Positions 60,333-64,000 of a stretch of 64,000 nucleotides of DNA are shown here, piece by piece (position 1 is the stretch's first letter; each line of letters starts with the position of its first letter). The DNA lies in contig NIVC01001527.1 in the NCBI GenBank assembly GCA_002269645.1, positions 1-64,000 of the forward strand. The letters run 5' to 3'. Source of the stretch: Macrostomum lignano (taxonomy: Eukaryota). Made by a program: the position numbers and the translations under genes. The notes under the pieces were generated by a model. It was not told where the DNA came from. It worked only from the letters and a program-made list of their open reading frames with translations, and searched no databases.

Positions 60333-60914
60333 TGCAGTTTGGCTTATGTAGGCTGTCTTATTAGATGGCGAACAGACGAAGGCGTAAAGGGAGCGGTTAC
60401 TGTCTAGCGGAGCGGCGCTTGTCCTTCATTAGATAGTCCTCGGGTTAAGGGGGGGGGAGACTCCCAGCCAACCGGGTGTGTGTCTGCGGGTGGCCAGTTG
60501 TGCCTTAGCTTTTTAGCCAATTGTGTTTGCCAAAGAAAGCTCTCGACAGGGTGCTATTTTTATATCTGCGTCTGTCTAACCGCGCTTACGCAGCGAGTAT
60601 TTGCGCATTGCTGCTGCATGGGTTCGTCAAGTTTATTCACACAAGCTCAGGGCGCAAATACCGCAGACAAGAAATGGAAGAATCCATGCCGAAATTTAAT
60701 TTGTTTCCCAAAACGATTCTGAATTAGACTAGACAATGTAACCTTGTAGAGTGCGACTGCAGCGGAGTATAGTGTAAAAAACAGTCAATATTTTTAATCG
60801 CGTGATCTTAGTTTCTTAAATAATTTGTTTCCATTTAAATGAGACGGTACGGCAACTAGAGTTCAGTCTGGATCATTTTGCTAAAAACCGCTCATTGACC
60901 CCTAGAAAAGCCAC

Positions 60915-61630
60915 TAAATGACTACTAGAAAAGCCACTAAATGACTACTAAAAAAGCCACTGAATGACTACTAGAAAAGCCACTAATTGACTACTAGAAA
61001 AGCCACTAATTGACTACTAGAAAAGCCACTAATTGACTACTAGAAAAGCCACTAATTGACTACTAGAAAAGCCACTAATTGACTACTAGAAAAGCCACTA
61101 ATTGACTACTAGAAAAGCCACTAATTGACTACTAGAAAAGCCACTAAATGACTACTAGAAAAGCCACTGAATGACTACTAGAAAAGCCACTAATTGACTA
61201 CTAGAAAAGCCACTAAATGACTACTAGAAAAGCCACTGAATGACTACTAGAAAAGCCACTAATTGACTACTAGAAAAGCCACTAAATGACTACTAGAAAA
61301 GCCACTGAATGACTATTAGAAAAGCCACTAATTGACTACTAGAAAAGCCACTAATTGACTACTAGAAAAGCCACTAATTGACTACTAGAAAAGCCACTAA
61401 TTGACTACTAGAAAAGCCACTGAATGACTACTAGAAAAGCCACTAATTGACTACTAGAAAAGCCACTAAATGACTACTAGAAAAGCCACTGAATGACTAC
61501 TAGAAAAGCCACTAATTGACTACTAGAAAAGCCACTAATTGACTACTAGAAAAGCCACTAATTGACTACTAGAAAAGCCACTAAATGACTACTAGAAAAG
61601 CCACTAATTGACTACTAGAATAGCCACTAC
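60915..61630. repeat. 23-bp minisatellite GACTACTAGAAAAGCCACTAA(T/A)T
   Basis: About 31 copies. Confidence 0.95.
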
Positions 61631-63189
61631 ATGTAATTGACTAGGAGCTTGACTTGGCTAAAAAGCCCCTAGAAGCTTGTTATAAAAATCAATGAAAAAT
61701 CGTCAGAAAGCACAACATTTCCAAACGAATACTAGCAATAACTTGCTGTCTGAGACCAATACCGTCCTCTAGTACAGACAACAGAATTCTTGTGTCTCTA
61801 GACCCTGAATTCGTGGCTTTTTGACCTTATACCTATTTATCCCATTCAACACCATCACCACTGAAAGCCAGTCCAGTAGGCTTACTAATTTAAGGTTTAA
61901 GGTCAGACGGCTTGACCCAAGGTACGAGCAATATCATATACGAAATCCGCTTTGCTGTACAAACGTACGGCACAGCCCGGAGCCTCGTTACTTCACTGTT
62001 AGCTTCACCCTGCCCTAACTCTTCCCCCTTAGTGGAAAGGAGGTTGTTCCCTCCTGAAAGAGGCCGCCTGCGAGTTCGCGCGCACTTTTTAATCATTTTT
62101 CATTTTCTGCTACAGGCATAGGCTTTCTTTTTCTAAAACCAGCTGTGTATAACAAAATCTGCGCAATATTATTAATCCCTGCAGATTCAGTAGAAACTTG
62201 CCTAAATTTTTAAGCCTAAATTTTTTCACAATTATGAAATTTCACAACTCTAACAATTTACACTCGACATCACAATTTCCAAGCTTCACAACTTCCCTAG
62301 CTAGTCTTCCATTGCTGATCTATGTTGGTAACCCGTCTCAAAAGTAAAATGATCTGGAATTGAGCACTTGGAGGAAATTTGAGCAGTGCATAAGTTCGAG
62401 AGGCAAAAGTGCAACAGGTTCAGACGAGTCGCCTAAGTGCAAAAGGCTAAAATGATATGCAAAGTGAACTTTTGGGGCAGTTGTCAGACACTTGAACTCG
62501 GCTCGCCCCTCCGCCAGTCGCGTCATGTCAATAACCCTGGAACGACACGGATTCAGCTCTCCTCTTTCCTCTCCCTCTCTCTGTCTTTCTTTCTTACCCA
62601 GACTTCTCTATATACTCCTCAAGCGCATTTTAAATACTTCAGTATAATATTGTACGTACTCGAACTCTGAGTCATGGAGTACTAAAACATAGTCCATCTT
62701 GATTTATAGTAACTACTTGCAGAAACATTTTCCCAAGATCTATCTGCAACATAAGCAACAACAACCACAACAATAACAGCTAACAAAACAAAAACCAACA
62801 ACGAATGTGCACCTATTTCCGCCCACCGGCTGCCTGCAGCGTCATCAGCAGCACCTCTTATACCTTGGGTTGCTGTATTGTTTAATAGCTAAGCTAAATT
62901 CCATGCTAATAGAAATAGTTTTCGCATTCCATGGCTGTTTAGTTTGTCGAAGCGAGAGAGACAGGTAGAGAGAGACAGAGAGGCTTAGATGAGCTAGTTA
63001 GAAAGCACTTGCTTTTATTAAAGTACGCTTGGACTTATCCAGGGCTGTCTTTTTAACTGTCCCCGCCTTGCAGAGGTGTAGTGTGAGCTTGTGACATAGA
63101 AGAAGCAAGATAGAGTAGCTGGTATTCATATGAAATTACACAGAATGACATGCGAGTAGTTGTTATGAACGGCAGACACAAGAGGTCAC

Positions 63190-63958
63190 AAGACCTAAAA
63201 TACGAGTTCAGTGGTCCAGATGCCAGGTTACACTTGTCACTAAGCCTAAAATATGAGTTCAATTGTCCAGATGCCAAGTTACACTGGTCACTAAGCCTAA
63301 AATATGAGTTCAGTGGTCCAGATGCCAGGTTACACTGGTCACTAAGCCTAAAATACGAGTTCAGTGGTCCAGATGCCAGGTTACACTTGTCACTAAGCCT
63401 AAAATACGAGTTCAGTGGTCCAGATGCCAAGTTACACTGGTCACTAAGCCCAAAATACGAGTTCAGTGGACCAGATGCCAAGTTACACTGGTCACTAAGC
63501 CCAAAATACGAGTTCAGTTGTCCAGATGTCAAGTTACACTGGTCACTAAGCCTAAAATATGAGTTCAATTGTCCAGATGCCAAGTTACACTGTTCACTAA
63601 GCCTAAAATATGAGTTCAGTGGTCCAGATGCCAGGTTTACACTGGTCACTAAGCCTAAAATACGAGTTCAGTGGTCCAGATGCCAAGTTACACTGGTCAC
63701 TAAGCCTAAAATACGAGTTCAATTGTCCAGATGTCAAGTTACACTGGTCACTAAGGCTAAAATACGAGTTCAATTGTCCAGATGCCAGGTTTACACTGGT
63801 CACTAAGCCCAAAATACGAGTTCAGTTGTCCAGATGCCAAGTTACACTGATCACTAAGCCTAAAATATGAGTTCAGTTGTCCAGATGCCAAGTTACACTG
63901 GTCACTAAGCCTAAAATATGAGTTTAGTGGTCCAGATGCCAGGTTACACTTGTCACTA
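63190..63958. repeat. 51-bp minisatellite
   Basis: CTAAGCCTAAAATACGAGTTCAGTGGTCCAGATGCCAAGTTACACTGGTCA, about 15 copies. Confidence 0.95.
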
Positions 63959-64000
63959 AATATAAATACAAAGTGATAATTAGCAGGGTTTGTCTGCGTC

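Overview
Repeat-rich metazoan (invertebrate-like) genomic DNA; the species cannot be determined from the sequence. The main feature is a complete Polinton/Maverick (adintovirus-type) endogenous virus at 3797-26342, with AGT...ACT termini, ~690-bp TIRs and a perfect 6-bp TSD (CAAGGA). It carries 14 genes: pPolB, RVE integrase, packaging ATPase, adenain-like protease, major and minor capsid, PZ-, PW- and pX-like proteins, a parvovirus-type PLA2, a coiled-coil protein, a membrane protein, and a small ORF duplicated in both TIRs. Its integrase is split by an apparently intact 7,084-bp CMC/EnSpm (CACTA-like) DNA transposon (17612-24695, 2-bp TT TSD) encoding a 636-aa transposase and a 7-exon accessory gene; removing it in silico restores a 331-aa integrase. 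Seven frameshifts in Polinton genes all fall in short base runs, which suggests sequencing error rather than decay. Less ordinary signals in the virus: an A-run directly before most ATGs, two divergent gene pairs separated by exactly 30 bp, palindrome arrays, a tRNA-like Pol III cassette, and two-tier TIR divergence. Host genes: a partial DnaJ, OTUD5 (5 exons, starting 386 bp after the virus), a 5-exon SOCS-box gene and a 2-exon clan-2 cytochrome P450. The rest is mini/microsatellites, MITEs and a mariner remnant. No CRISPR array or rRNA was seen.
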